A stretch of 64,000 nt of DNA, from the NCBI GenBank assembly GCA_950097015.1, contig CATNEN010000007.1, forward strand, positions 8,866,001-8,930,000. Reading direction: 5' to 3'. The stretch comes from Macrostomum hystrix (taxonomy: Eukaryota; Animalia; Platyhelminthes). The position numbers and the translations under genes are program-made. Below are positions 11,548 to 22,968 of the stretch, one piece after another; within the stretch, counting starts at the first letter, position 1; every line of letters begins with the position of its first letter. The notes below the pieces were generated by a model. It was not told the DNA's origin and ran no database searches. It saw nothing but the letters and a program-made list of their open reading frames with translations.

Positions 11548-12493
11548 TGGTGGTGACCGGTCGGTTTGAGTCCCCGGCCCGGTACAGTTAATTTCCGATT
11601 ACACTAGGGGTCGTAGATGCAAGCCAGGCGTTGGGACGCACTGTATAGCACGTAGCTCAGTCTGGCGTTGGGACGCACTGGATAGCACGTAGCTCAGTCT
11701 GGCGTTGGGACGCACTGGATAGCACGTAGCTCAGTCTGGCGTTGGGACGCACTGGATAGCACGTAGCTCAGTCTGGCGTTGGGACGCACTGGATAGCACG
11801 TAGCTCAGTCTGGCGTTGGGACGCACTGGATAGCACGTAGCTCAGTCTGGCGTTGGGACGCACTGGATAGCACGTAGCTCAGTCTGGCGTTGGGACGCAC
11901 TGGATAGCACGTAGCTCAGTCTGGCGTTGGGACGCTCAGACCTCGCTTGGCACGGTGGTGAAGGGACACGCACTGTGCTTCTAGAAGAGGGGCGAATACA
12001 ATACAGTGGAATAAAGTACAGCACCGCTGGGGATGTTAACTCTAAAGCACCCAGGCGTTGGGACGCGCTGGCTATATAATAGTGACACGAACCCCGCACC
12101 CCAGAAAGAAGCAACAACAGGCGATGTCTCTTAGCGGTCGATAGGGCAGCCAGCCACTTATGATTTTTTATCGGATTAGTAGTTTGTTCCCGTCTCTATT
12201 TCTACGCAGTTTAACTTCATAAAATCGCTGTTTGAGTATTCTGCATTAGTTCATGCAACAATTTGAGTCTTCGCAGTAAGAGACCGTCTTTACGGCGGTG
12301 GTAAATAAAGCCAAACCGGCCAGGTGAGGAGGGGAAAGCTATGTAGAGCTGATAGGTCGGGGCATAGCCACGCAGGGCTGAAAGAGCAACAAAGGGGGAC
12401 TGCCCGGCCCAGCCAATCGGCTGGCGAGGCGAGTGCAGCCACACAGGGCTGGCCTAAACAAGACAAGCCTAAACAAAGTGCACCGTCACCACA
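11548..12493 (+). mobile_element. Solo LTR (probably Gypsy-type) with 4-bp target-site duplication
   Basis: TG...CA ends with imperfect inverted termini (TGGTGGTGAC...GTCACCACA). TSD CGTG at 11544-11547 and 12494-12497 restores tubulin codons N-A-C-F-E. TATA-like CTATATAA ~12072 and AATAAA ~12304. Confidence 0.75.
11627..11935. repeat. 37-bp tandem repeat inside the LTR, ~8 copies
   Basis: (GGCGTTGGGACGCACTGGATAGCACGTAGCTCAGTCT)n. Confidence 0.9.
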
Positions 12494-14123
12494 CGTGCTT
12501 CGAAACAGGCAATCAGATGGTGAAGTGTGACCCGCGGCACGGAAAGTACATGGCCTGCTGCCTGCTCTACCGCGGTGACGTCTCCTCCAAGGACGTTAAC
12601 GAGTCGATTCAGAAGAAAAAAAACCAGTTTGTGGACTGGTGCCCCACCGGCTTCAAGGTCGGCATCAACTGTCAGCCGCCCACCACGGTGCCCGGAGGTG
12701 ACCTGTCGAAGGTGTCCCGGGCCGTCTGCATGCTCAGCAACACTACAGCCATCGCACAGGCCTGGGACCGTCTGGCCTACAAATTCGACCTGATGTACGC
12801 AAAGCGCGGCTTGGTACGTCGGCGAGGGCATGGAGGAGGGCGAGTTCGCAGAGGCCCGCGAAGACTTGGGCGCAATGCAGAAAGACTATGAGGAGGTCGG
12901 AGTGGACAGCGTGGAAGGCGAGGAGGAAGAAGTCGAAGGGCTTGGCAAAAACAATGACGAGTAGAGCAGCGCCAGCCGCAAAGAAGGTTTACTAAGGACG
13001 GATGCCCTTGGCCATTTCTAGTTCACTTTACATCTAGCAATTTAAGTCTTTAGCAAAACGATCATTAAGCGTGTAGCCATGTTGTAACATTTTGTAACAT
13101 TTGTCTTAATTTTCAGTTTATTTTGTGCCTTACTAAACTCAGCAGCAGCAAAAGCTTTACTCGCAAGTGCTTTATGTCTTGCATGCGCGCATATTTAAGC
13201 GCTTCTGGACTCATTTATTAAATTTCTGAGTAGCTAACTAAATACAATTAGCACGATACACTTGACAACCAGCCATTTATAAAATGGTGTATGCATACTA
13301 TATTGTCAGACTAAAGTAAGCTGTCGAGTCCCACCTTTGTCACTCAAATAGAAGGATTTTGGCGATGAAAGCCCACTTTGTAGCCACAAACATTGCATTG
13401 TAAGCCATGGTTTCTAGGAATCGGCCAGCATTGCAGCTCCCCCAAGCTTGAATTGTTTCTCCAAGCTTTTGTCCGGCCACTCCCCATTCCTCACGGCCCA
13501 CCTGCGGCAGTTTCTCACGCGCCTCTTGAGCCTGGAAAGTGGCGTCCCATGGCAACCAATTGTGCGATCGGAGGAGGCAGGCATGCTGGAAAATGAGAAA
13601 AGAATTTCTCAAGGCTCCGCCTGTGAAGTGAGATTTCCAGCTCGCTGAGAAGAGAGCTCAAAATCTCCCACCCCAGATGGGATTTTCTCCCCGGAGCGCT
13701 GTTGCAATCAGTTCGTCTCGTGGTCGCCCTCCCGTGGGACAGCCCGGCCCGAACCAGTCCCACTTTTCTCCCTTGTAAATCCTGCCAATTTCCCTTCGCC
13801 TCCTAATTCCCGCTCCCTCCGAAAAGCAAACTCGCCCCAACCCGCAGAGGGTACCCTTTGGCCAGCGAAAATCCCCCGAGTTAACAGCGTTTCACACTCA
13901 GCCAACCGGGCCGCCAAGCGCTGATCGGGGTGGAGGAGGAGGCAGGCTTTGGCGGCGGCGGGTCAATGAAGTCGGGCAGCCGAGCGGAGAGGCGGGGCGC
14001 GACGGGGAGGCGACCGCAGAGCAGCTAATTTTGCATGCTGGCTTTGCAGCTCCTGGCTGTAAACACTGCGCCAAAGCCGCGACTTACCTGCGCCGCAAGC
14101 TGGCTGCAAGTCGCTTGCTCAGC

Positions 14124-16772
14124 ATGGCCCCGCAGTTCAGCTGGCTGCTGCTGCTGCTGTTGCTGCTGCCAATTGCGCACCTGACTCGGATCTGGGTTGA
14201 TCGCTGTCCGCGACGCTGTCGCTGCGAGTCCTCACTGGTTGCGCAGGCGCCCGCCGGTGTCAGCGTTGACTGCAGCCGGAGAGGCCTGGCATCGGCACCG
14301 GCCCACCGGGACGACCTACCGCCCGACACCGTCAGTCTAGACCTTGACTTCAATGGACTCGCCAGCCTGCCGCCGGAGCTAGCTGATGCGGCGCCGGGGC
14401 TGCGCCGGCTTTCTGCTGCCGGCAACCGCATCGAGCAGCTCGACGGCCGCCTGCTAGCTCGGCTGCCGCGGCTGCGAGAGCTCCGACTAGCCGGCAATCG
14501 GCTCGGCCAGCTTCCGCCAGTCACGCCGCTTCCGCCAGAACTTCGAGTTCTTGACTTGGCAGGCAACAAGCTGAGTAGCTTGGCCAGCGCGCGCCTTCAG
14601 GACCTGCCGCACCTTGCGGAGATTCGCCTGGCGGGAAATCGCATCCAGTCGCTGGACTCACCGTCGCTGGCGTCGAAACTTAGAGCAGGCTCGTTGACGG
14701 CCCAGCCACGGCATGATCGACAAATTCCAACAGTCGGACTGGAAGGCGAGAACGGAGAGAACTTCACGGCTGGAATCGGGCCGCTGATCGACTTGTCTGA
14801 CAATCCGCTCACCTTCGTGGCTCCGGACTTCCGCTATCCAATCTGCCCTGGACGGCTGCTCGACCTATCAGGGAGCGTCGGGCTTGGCTTCACCGCTCCG
14901 ACCGGCTCCGGGGGACTCAAACCGCTACTCGCCGCACTGACAGTCGGCCTTGACGGCATGGAACTTTCAGCCGATGTCGAGGTCGTCGGCGACTGCCCCG
15001 GCCAGCTCGTCACCCTCCGACTTCGGCGGCTGGGCCTCAGCCGACTCCCGGCGTTCCTCTTCGACTTCTCCTCTCCGTCCACCCATCGCAGTCGTCGCAT
15101 TCGACTCCGCAGGCTCGATCTGGGTAGCAATAGGCTGGCGGTGATCGATCCCGGAGCGCTGGGCCCGCTGGCTGAGTCGCTCGACTCGCTCGACCTGTCC
15201 GACAACCGCCTGAACCACCTGCCCGACCTGGCAGCCGAACTGCCACTGCTGACTCGGCTTGACCTGTCAGCTAACCGACTCACCCGGTTGAGTCGAGCTG
15301 ACCTACTGCGTCTGCCCCGCGGCCTTCGCAGCCTCCACCTGGCCGGCAACTCACTGGCCGCGGTGGCCTTGGACCTGCCCCTCCTGCTAGCCGCCGGTCA
15401 CCGCTTCTCGCCCGGCCTGCGCTTGCTGGACCTGACCGACAACCGCTTGGCCGACTTTCGACTGAAGGCCGCGGACGCCGTCGTCTCAGTTGTGTCCGAC
15501 CTGCGGCTCGCTGGCAATCTGCTGCGGGCCGACCATCTGTCAGCGGTGCTCGGTCTCTGCTCCGGCCTAGTCAGGCTAGACCTCAGCCGCAACCGGATCA
15601 GCCGTCTGGCGCCCCGCCTGGCCGAGCCCTGCCCGCGCTTGCGCCACCTCAACCTCAGCCGCAACGGCTTCCCCCAGATCGAGCCGCTCGACCTGGCCGC
15701 ATCCGCCCTCGAAGAGCTGGACGTGTCCAGCAACCGTCTGCAGATCCTCACTGACTATGCCGCGCCACGGCTCGTCCGACTCCACGCAGCCAGCAACGAC
15801 ATCAGCACCGTGGACTACTCCGCCTTCCAGCGGGCCGCCCGCCTGACTCTGCTCGACATCAGCAACAACCCCATGGAGGCGCGAACTCTCGCTTTATTCA
15901 AGGGCATCCTGGAACGACTGGCGCCCACGCTGCGCGTGCTAAGACTAAATGGGCACGAGATCTACCCCTACCTGCGCAACAATGCCTGGAGCTTCTTTCG
16001 CGATTTCGCCGTGCTCGAGGAGCTCGAATTAGCCGCCTGCAACATTCGTTCAGCGCCGGGGCCCCAGGCCGCTTTGCCGCCACGCCTGCGCCGCCTGGTG
16101 CTGGACAAGAATCCGATCCTCCGACTGGACGTCGGCGCCTTTGCGGGCGCTCCCGGGCTCGAATCCCTGACGTGCCGCGGCTGCTCCATTGCCAACGTTG
16201 ACTCTGGCGCCATGTCTGCCCTGCCCCGTCTGCGCCGACTCGACCTGCTCGGCTGTCCGCTGCGCTGCGACTGCGGCGGTGGCGGCCTCCGCCGCTGGGC
16301 CTCGGCCACCCGCGTCGACGTGGTCGGCATGCACTCGGCTGCCGCTGAAGCCGAAGGCGATGCTCGACGCCTAATCTGCGCCTGGCCGAGGGCACTGCGC
16401 GGCAGACGAATCGTAGAAGCGTCGCCGCCGACGTGTCCCGCCGCTCTAGCCCGTCACCTTCCGGCAGCGTCTGCGGCCGCTGCAGCGATTCTCCTCTTAC
16501 TGACACTGGCCGCCGCGGCTGGAATCGCCATTTTTCGTCGCCGTCGGCGCACTCGACGGTTGCGACTGGATCTGAACCGGCGGCGTCAGCGGCTGCCGCG
16601 AAGACGGCATCGGCCTCGCCGACTGGCTGGTCGACCGCAGAGTTCGACGCTAGACGAATGTGTTGGCGAGGCCGGATCTTTTTATGCCAACCCGCTTTCC
16701 GAGTCTCGCGGCACTGTCGCGGCCTGCCCCATGAGCGGCTCGCTGCAGCGCCGCTGCATTGTGGCTCTTTGA
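14124..16772 (+). CDS. Single-pass leucine-rich-repeat membrane protein (Toll/slit-like ectodomain, no TIR), single exon
   Basis: Signal peptide [31 protein letters not shown], about 20 LxxLxLxxNxL repeats, LRRCT CPLRCDC..LICAWP..LRG..C, hydrophobic TM AAAAILLLLTLAAAAGIAIF followed by RRRRR, short tail. Confidence 0.88.
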   Translation: MAPQFSWLLLLLLLLPIAHLTRIWVDRCPRRCRCESSLVAQAPAGVSVDCSRRGLASAPAHRDDLPPDTVSLDLDFNGLASLPPELADAAPGLRRLSAAGNRIEQLDGRLLARLPRLRELRLAGNRLGQLPPVTPLPPELRVLDLAGNKLSSLASARLQDLPHLAEIRLAGNRIQSLDSPSLASKLRAGSLTAQPRHDRQIPTVGLEGENGENFTAGIGPLIDLSDNPLTFVAPDFRYPICPGRLLDLSGSVGLGFTAPTGSGGLKPLLAALTVGLDGMELSADVEVVGDCPGQLVTLRLRRLGLSRLPAFLFDFSSPSTHRSRRIRLRRLDLGSNRLAVIDPGALGPLAESLDSLDLSDNRLNHLPDLAAELPLLTRLDLSANRLTRLSRADLLRLPRGLRSLHLAGNSLAAVALDLPLLLAAGHRFSPGLRLLDLTDNRLADFRLKAADAVVSVVSDLRLAGNLLRADHLSAVLGLCSGLVRLDLSRNRISRLAPRLAEPCPRLRHLNLSRNGFPQIEPLDLAASALEELDVSSNRLQILTDYAAPRLVRLHAASNDISTVDYSAFQRAARLTLLDISNNPMEARTLALFKGILERLAPTLRVLRLNGHEIYPYLRNNAWSFFRDFAVLEELELAACNIRSAPGPQAALPPRLRRLVLDKNPILRLDVGAFAGAPGLESLTCRGCSIANVDSGAMSALPRLRRLDLLGCPLRCDCGGGGLRRWASATRVDVVGMHSAAAEAEGDARRLICAWPRALRGRRIVEASPPTCPAALARHLPAASAAAAAILLLLTLAAAAGIAIFRRRRRTRRLRLDLNRRRQRLPRRRHRPRRLAGRPQSSTLDECVGEAGSFYANPLSESRGTVAACPMSGSLQRRCIVAL

Positions 16773-16783
16773 GACTGCGGGGT

Positions 16784-17002
16784 GTGGATTCGACTGTGGG
16801 CTGAGCTGTGGATTCGACTGTGGGCTGGCTGTGGATTCGACTGTGGGCTGAGCTGTGGATTCGACTGTGGGTTGAGCTGTGGATTCGACTGTGGGTTGAG
16901 CTGTGGATTCGACTGTGGGTTGAGCTGTGGATTCGACTGTGGGTTGAGCTGTGGATTCGACTGTGGGTTGAGCTGTGGATTCGACTGTGGGTTGAGCTGT
17001 GG
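16784..17002. repeat. 24-bp minisatellite directly after the LRR stop codon
   Basis: (TGTGGATTCGACTGTGGGTTGAGC) x ~9. Confidence 0.9.
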
Positions 17003-19272
17003 AGTTTACAGTTGGTTGAGGTGGTTGTAGGTTTAACGGCGAGCTGTATATTGAACCGTGTGCGTGCTGTTTAACTGTCGAATTTTCCCAAATTTTCAAC
17101 CAGAAGCTCATAAATTTGCTAACGCTTTTTCGTTTATTGCTGCACTTCGTATGTCATCAGGAAATACAATTTCGCTAACCGCAGACGAATTTCTACATCT
17201 GTACCGCAGTGAAAGAGAGAACACGAGAACACGAGTTGTTCTCTTGTTCGATGTCAATTTATCTCGTTTTGGGCACTCGTACTTAAATGCTTTCAAGAGT
17301 CCAACCTCTTTCTAGGCTGCTTGAACTGCCGAGGTGACAGGAATCTGATCCGACGGCATGGGAGGTCAGTCAATCGGCTCAATTCCTCAATTTGTTTCTC
17401 AAGAGCTTCGCGCGAATGCCCAATCTGACTACGAGCTACCTCAGTGCGCCCTTTAACATCTGGAGCCATCAGATCAGGCCATTAAGGCCTGCTCCATTCA
17501 GGAGCTCTTAATGCATTGGGCAGCCGAGCAACCGAGGGGGGCGTGACGGGCCCGCAGCAAAAGTGCAGCTCTGGCCGGTTCCCATTTGTTAGTCGGGTCG
17601 AGTTTCACTGCAGCACACAGCAACTGATGAGAGCCTGCTCCCCTGAGTTCGGGGAATTGCGGGTCTGGGGAACAGTTTCATTATTTATCCCGCTGCCCCA
17701 ATGTGACGGTCGCGAGCCGCAGCTGTTCCTCTGCAGGTGTCCAGATCGAAGCTGAGCTTCTCGTCTGAGCTGCAGCCGCAGCATGGCATGATGATGATTA
17801 TTAATATGATGGAAGGCCGGCACAGGGGATTCTTGATTCTCAGCTACGAGGCCAATCGATTGCAGAGTGGGGCTTCAGAGAAGGAACAGCTGCCAGTCTC
17901 ACTCGGTGGGTGCTGTCGTCAATCGAAAAGTGGTAGTTGAGTTGGCAGCAGCAGAAGTGGGATCAAATGAACCTAGGCTACTCTAAGTTCGCCGGTTCGA
18001 TGCGCATCACCTGTTTGCCACTGAGCTGCAGGCGATTTGCCACAGGCTTAAGTAGCAAAGCTTGTCCAGAGTGTCTGAGCATGAAACAGCGCCATGCGCT
18101 TCGATGTCGCCCTGGAAGGCTTTCCTTGCCCCTCTCCGTCTGTCTGGGACAAAAGCGGCAGAACAAGCAGCAGCGTGAGTGTGAAGGACCTTCATTAGGG
18201 ACCGCTTACTCAGACTAGAGAGAGAGATGAGCATGGGATGCCTGTGTTGTTCAGCAAGAACAAAAAATTACCCATTATGGCCACAGAACTTACTGTATGT
18301 TCACTGCTTGCTGCCGCGCTCTTATCTTGTCTTTCATCAATTTAGCTTATTTAACCCCTTGTGCCATATGCTACTCGTAAGTAGGAAAGTCGACTATTTT
18401 TTTAAAGCGCTCGATTTCAAGAAAATTATTATTAGTTGCTGCTATCTGTTGTGGAAGATTCTCATTCGAGAGCTAGTGGCTCTTAAAAATCTGAGTTGAA
18501 CTCAGAGCTAGTTTAGATATTTAGGCGTTGCTCTAGGCTGCTCAGTCGTTTTACTTTTTCAGCCTGATCTTGGCTGCACAGACGCTACACAGACAAGACA
18601 GGCGTAGGAAACGGTTACTAGAGAAGCTCTGATACAATTTTGTAGTATTTCAATCGTGCAGGAGATCGCTCTCATGAAGTGGGAGACCCTAGGATCACTG
18701 AGCGCTAGTAGGTGATCATGAGTTTCTAAAAATAGAAGCTGACGTCATATAGCTGACACCATGCAGTAGGGCTTTCTAAGTCAGAGGGTATGTTGCTAAA
18801 AATAGTATCTGACGTCATCTCATAAAATTTAATTATGAAATAGTGAAAAACCGACCGTTTTGGCGGCCGCCACTGAACCAGCAATGATCTGATCGGCAAG
18901 GACCAAGCACTTTCTGTTTGAACGTACTGGTGTTTTGATATGCATGCACTGCCTCAAGCACCGATGGGGCCATGCCGAAATCACACAGAAATAATTCGTC
19001 ACACTGTCTGCTTGTGCTTTTACTTCGTAAAATTTTCTTTTCAAAGAAAACAGACGAACTTGGGAGCACAGTAGTGCCTAATAAGGTTTTGCGGCTCTCG
19101 AATGTACCTGAGTGTTCCTCCGAGTAAATATTTATTTATTTTGCCATACAATGAGAAAACTCCCGCACAAACGATAGACCGACACAATAAAAGGCCACAA
19201 CGCGACGCTTTCGAAAATTTTCATAGCATTGCTCTGTAGATTTTCTTTGTGCTGCTACAGCTTCGCAGGCAT

Positions 19273-20247
19273 TCAGGTAGCAGTGACGAGCAGATAATCA
19301 GCCAGCCTGACGCCGTTGTCCCAGAGTTGTCCGGCATTCAGGTTGTACAGGATCCTTGGCTCGGCGACGCTGCCACTGCCCATCTGTGCCCACAGGCAGG
19401 CGTCGGTTCGTTCTATCACGGCTAATATTCCAACATCACCCGGGCAGCCGGCATAAACTGAATTGATGAAAAATGTCCTATAGCAATCAGCAGATATGGT
19501 GTCTCCAAATACAGAGAAGTAGTTGAAGGTCCTGCCCGCCATGGCCAAGTTCGGCTCGCTGCCGACCAGTCTGTCCTTCCCGAACCAGTTCGTCACGTTC
19601 AGTCCGGCGAAGCTCGCGTCGAACGAGATCTTCAGCACAGTGGCGCCGTCCTTCAGAATCTCCACAGACAGCGTCTTGCCCGACAGCAGTCTCATGAGAT
19701 CAGGCAGTCGGTCGAGCCAGCACGAGCGCCAGAAGTGGATCGGAGGCGGTCCGACGGCCGGCGACACCAAGAGGGACTGGTTGCATCCGATGGGCGTCAG
19801 GAACGAGTCCAGTGCCTTGAGTTTGCTTCCGGACTTGACCGCGAACAGCACGAGTCGGGGCAGTCCGAGGGACACTGGCAACAGCGTCATGATCGGGTCC
19901 GACTCGTTCACGATCAGCTGGTCGCACCAGGTAGAGATCTCGCAGCCTCTTGTCTCTCTGGACATGTCATAGGTGATAAACCGAGGCTTGACCTGTTGTC
20001 TTGTCAGCAATGTCCATTGCACTAGGCATTGAGGCAGATATCGCGTCGGCAGGAGCGTCAGTGTGCGACAGCTTGCGAGGCGACCTGGCAGTGCCATCTT
20101 CATGAAGCTTTCTGCCTCATCTGCAACTTCACAGTCTCCATGCGCGATTGCAGTCACCAACAGCAACAGAGCGACAGGCAGCGCGCTGGTCTGCGGGATG
20201 CTGAAACGGCAGGGCATTGTGCTAGTACATAACTCCCGACTCTTCAT
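19273..20247 (-). CDS. Secreted uncharacterised protein, copy A (intact, single exon)
   Basis: 324-aa ORF with signal-like LPVALLLLVTAIAHG, Cys-containing N-domain and C-domain WF..RL..FNYFSVFG..RTFFINSVYAGCPGDVGIL..C.W..PRILY; paralogues adjacent. Confidence 0.75.
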   Translation of the reverse strand: MKSRELCTSTMPCRFSIPQTSALPVALLLLVTAIAHGDCEVADEAESFMKMALPGRLASCRTLTLLPTRYLPQCLVQWTLLTRQQVKPRFITYDMSRETRGCEISTWCDQLIVNESDPIMTLLPVSLGLPRLVLFAVKSGSKLKALDSFLTPIGCNQSLLVSPAVGPPPIHFWRSCWLDRLPDLMRLLSGKTLSVEILKDGATVLKISFDASFAGLNVTNWFGKDRLVGSEPNLAMAGRTFNYFSVFGDTISADCYRTFFINSVYAGCPGDVGILAVIERTDACLWAQMGSGSVAEPRILYNLNAGQLWDNGVRLADYLLVTAT

Positions 20248-20699
20248 GTATCCTGATTCCTGAGATTTTTCAGAGACTTACCAAGTTCTCATCCTAAGCT
20301 AAGAGGTGTAAGAGCAGCGGCCCCTGACGCAGCTTACGATGTATTTGCCCAACTCTGCATGTGAGCGGCAGTTGCTTGTGTTAGAAGCTTCTTATGCACT
20401 TCGATCAGAAAATGAAGCTTAGCAAGTTTGCAAAGTCAATAATGTTCAACTGGAGCCGGAAAGCTTTTAGCGTAGCTTTGCAGGCCGTGGGTTATGAAAG
20501 ACCAGTTTGGCCCAAACAGACCAAACAGCCGAGAGCCGGATGCATCACTTGTGTTGGCATCTGTTGTCTTTCCGAAATCTTTGCTTTTGATCAAACTACG
20601 AAACACAGCCCTGAAAACTGAAAGCTGAAAGTTTGAGCTGTGAGACAGAAAACTCAGAGAAAAACCTTTCATTCGTCGCTGCTAAAGAAAGGGGATATT

Positions 20700-21035
20700 A
20701 ACTTAAGGCTGCATCTGAAGGGCATCAACAGAGCATTGATGAATAGAATGGTCTGTCGAAGAGCGAATCATGCGTGCCATAGACGGGGAAGAAGTCGCTA
20801 GGTCTAAAGGTTACAGCCAAGTCGGGATCACTGTTGATCAGCTTGTCCTTCCCGAACCCAGTTCGTCAGGTTCAGTCCGACAAAGCTCTTCAGCGCAAAG
20901 GAAAGATATCCTTAGCAATGTGACATCGTCCCCCAGAATCTCCAGACAGCGTCTTGCCCGACAGCAGTCGCATGAGATCGGGCAGTTGGTCGAGCCAGCA
21001 AAAGCGCCAGAAGTGGATCGGAGGCGGTCCGACGG
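20700..21035 (-). pseudogene. Degraded fragment of the same secreted-protein family (copy C)
   Basis: 20844-21035 aligns by eye to 19572-19756 (GACAGCGTCTTGCCCGACAGCAG..GAAGTGGATCGGAGGCGGTCCGACGG) with indels. Confidence 0.7.
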
Positions 21036-21784
21036 TTGCGCCCCAAATTTATGCGTTCTCGCCGCGGATTCGAGCTCAGGTAGCTTGTTGCCAGAGTCGT
21101 TGCCAAGGAGCTCCGCTTTGTCTACTTTCTTCGGTTCTCATTCTATCTGTTCCCCCTCGGCTCTGGCGCTCTCTCGCCTTTGGTGTCTCCTCTAGCCGCC
21201 TTCTGATTGGTCCGCCTCTGAATGTCTCGAATCGTTTTCCTACCCCGAGTGACGTACTTCGACCCGTTTATCTCATCCTGCCGCCAACCCCTCCGGTCCA
21301 ATCAAGCACGTTAACAAAAGCACGCTTAAGAGAAACAAGAAAGGAAGAAGGCAGCCTCACCAACGAGCTACTTTCTTTGTTTCCAACTCCCAGAGGAATT
21401 CTTCGCAAACTGTCTATCTTACCTGAATTTTACAATTCTGGTAATCAGGCCTACCATACGAGAAAAAGCTAGGCAGTGGTTAAGAAGTGCAGACAAACAA
21501 CGAAAGGAAGGGTACAGAAAGGGGAGAAAGTCGCGACAGTTTTTGTTGTGAAAGATGCGAAAATTCTTCTAGTTGCGAGCATCTCGTAATATCTAAATAC
21601 CATGACAGCCTTGTATTTATATCGTGTCATTTTACTCATTCAGTTTTTTCAAGTTTCTTAGTTAGTTTTTTATTTCTGTACGTTTCTGCGTGCTCAAAAC
21701 AGCCCTCGTTACCGAGGGTATCCAAGATGCGCATACTTCGGTACTTTCCTTCATAGTAGTTCAGCTTGTTTTATAATCCAGCAG

Positions 21785-22679
21785 TCAACTTGCAGTAATG
21801 AGCATGAATTCGGCCAGCACTGTCTGATCTGTCCACAGGCCAGCATTCAAGTTGAACAGAATCCTGGGCAGAGCCGTGCCATCGCTGTCTGTGCTCCCCC
21901 AAGGGCAAGCGTCATTCATATCTTGGACAACTAGGATTCCAGCGTCCTTAGAGCACCCACCGTAGGCCATGTTCACGAAAAATACTCGGCTGCGTCTAGG
22001 TACAGATTCGCCCGAGATCGAGAAGAAGTTGTAAGATCTATTAGCCATGGCCAAGTTCGGCTCGCTGCGGACCAGTCTGTCCTTCCCGAACCAGTTCGTC
22101 ACGTTCAGTCCGGCGAAGCTCGCGTCGAACGAGATCTTCAGCACAGTGGCGCCGTCCTTCAGAATCTCCACAGACAGCGTCTTGCCCGACAGCAGTCTCA
22201 TGAGATCGGGCAGTCGGTCGAGCCAGCACGAGCGCCAGAAGTGGATCGGAGGCGGTCCGACGGCCGGCGACACCAAGAGGGACTGGTTGCATCCGATGGG
22301 CGTCAGGAACGAGTCCAGTGCCTTGAGTTTGCTTCCGGACTTGACCGCGAACAGCACGAGTCGGGGCAGTCCGAGGGACACTGGCAACAGCGTCATGATC
22401 GGGTCCGACTCGTTCACGATCAGCTGGTCGCACCAGGTAGAGATCTCTCAGCCTGTCATATTGTCAGATGGAATGCAGCGAATCATTCCCGCCTTGACAC
22501 CCTGTCCCTGTAGCTGGATCCATTGCAGAGCGCCTTCGTTCAGGTTCGACTTGCGAGACTGACAGGACTCCGGGCAGCGCAATCTTCTTGAAGACTTCGC
22601 ATTGCTTGGCCGATGACGAGTCGGCAGCATGTGCTGCCGTCACAAAGGCCACCAGGAGCAGGGTGTAATTCAGCTGCAT
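21785..22679 (-). pseudogene. Secreted uncharacterised protein, copy B (frameshift + premature stop)
   Basis: Signal peptide MQLNYTLLLVAFVTAAHA; frameshift near 22565; TGA at 22448-22450 where copy A has TGC; downstream 210 aa are open and paralogous to copy A. Confidence 0.7.
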
Positions 22680-22968
22680 GATCGGTTGGGTCGCAGTCAA
22701 GAGGTCACTCTTTTGAGCTCATATCTTCAGTCTTTAACGATTGTGGGATAAGACAGAGGGCGAGTTGTCATTTGGATTAGCTGTTTATAGGGCTGTGCGA
22801 CCTCTCGATAAGGCCCATTAAGCAATTAGCAGCTTACGAGATTCACATTCTGAAAGTTACAGAGGGCTTTTAGCTCTAAAACAAAGCAATTATTATATTT
22901 AAGAAACCGGAAACTAGATTCTCAGATTTCTGCGAGTGAAACTTTGCCTTGTTATTCCGGGTTTTATG

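Larger units (their letters stand above)
10670..12964 (+). pseudogene. Alpha-tubulin pseudogene (no introns seen), interrupted by a solo LTR
   Basis: [51 protein letters not shown] and GEGMEEGEF motifs. In-frame stops at 10700, 11000 and 11447; insertion at 11548-12493; small deletion near 12610; frameshift near 12810. Confidence 0.92.

Noticed and set aside
3975-11935. 37-, 42- and 77-bp direct repeats as CRISPR arrays
   Set aside because: Head-to-tail with no unique spacers; eukaryotic context; no cas genes
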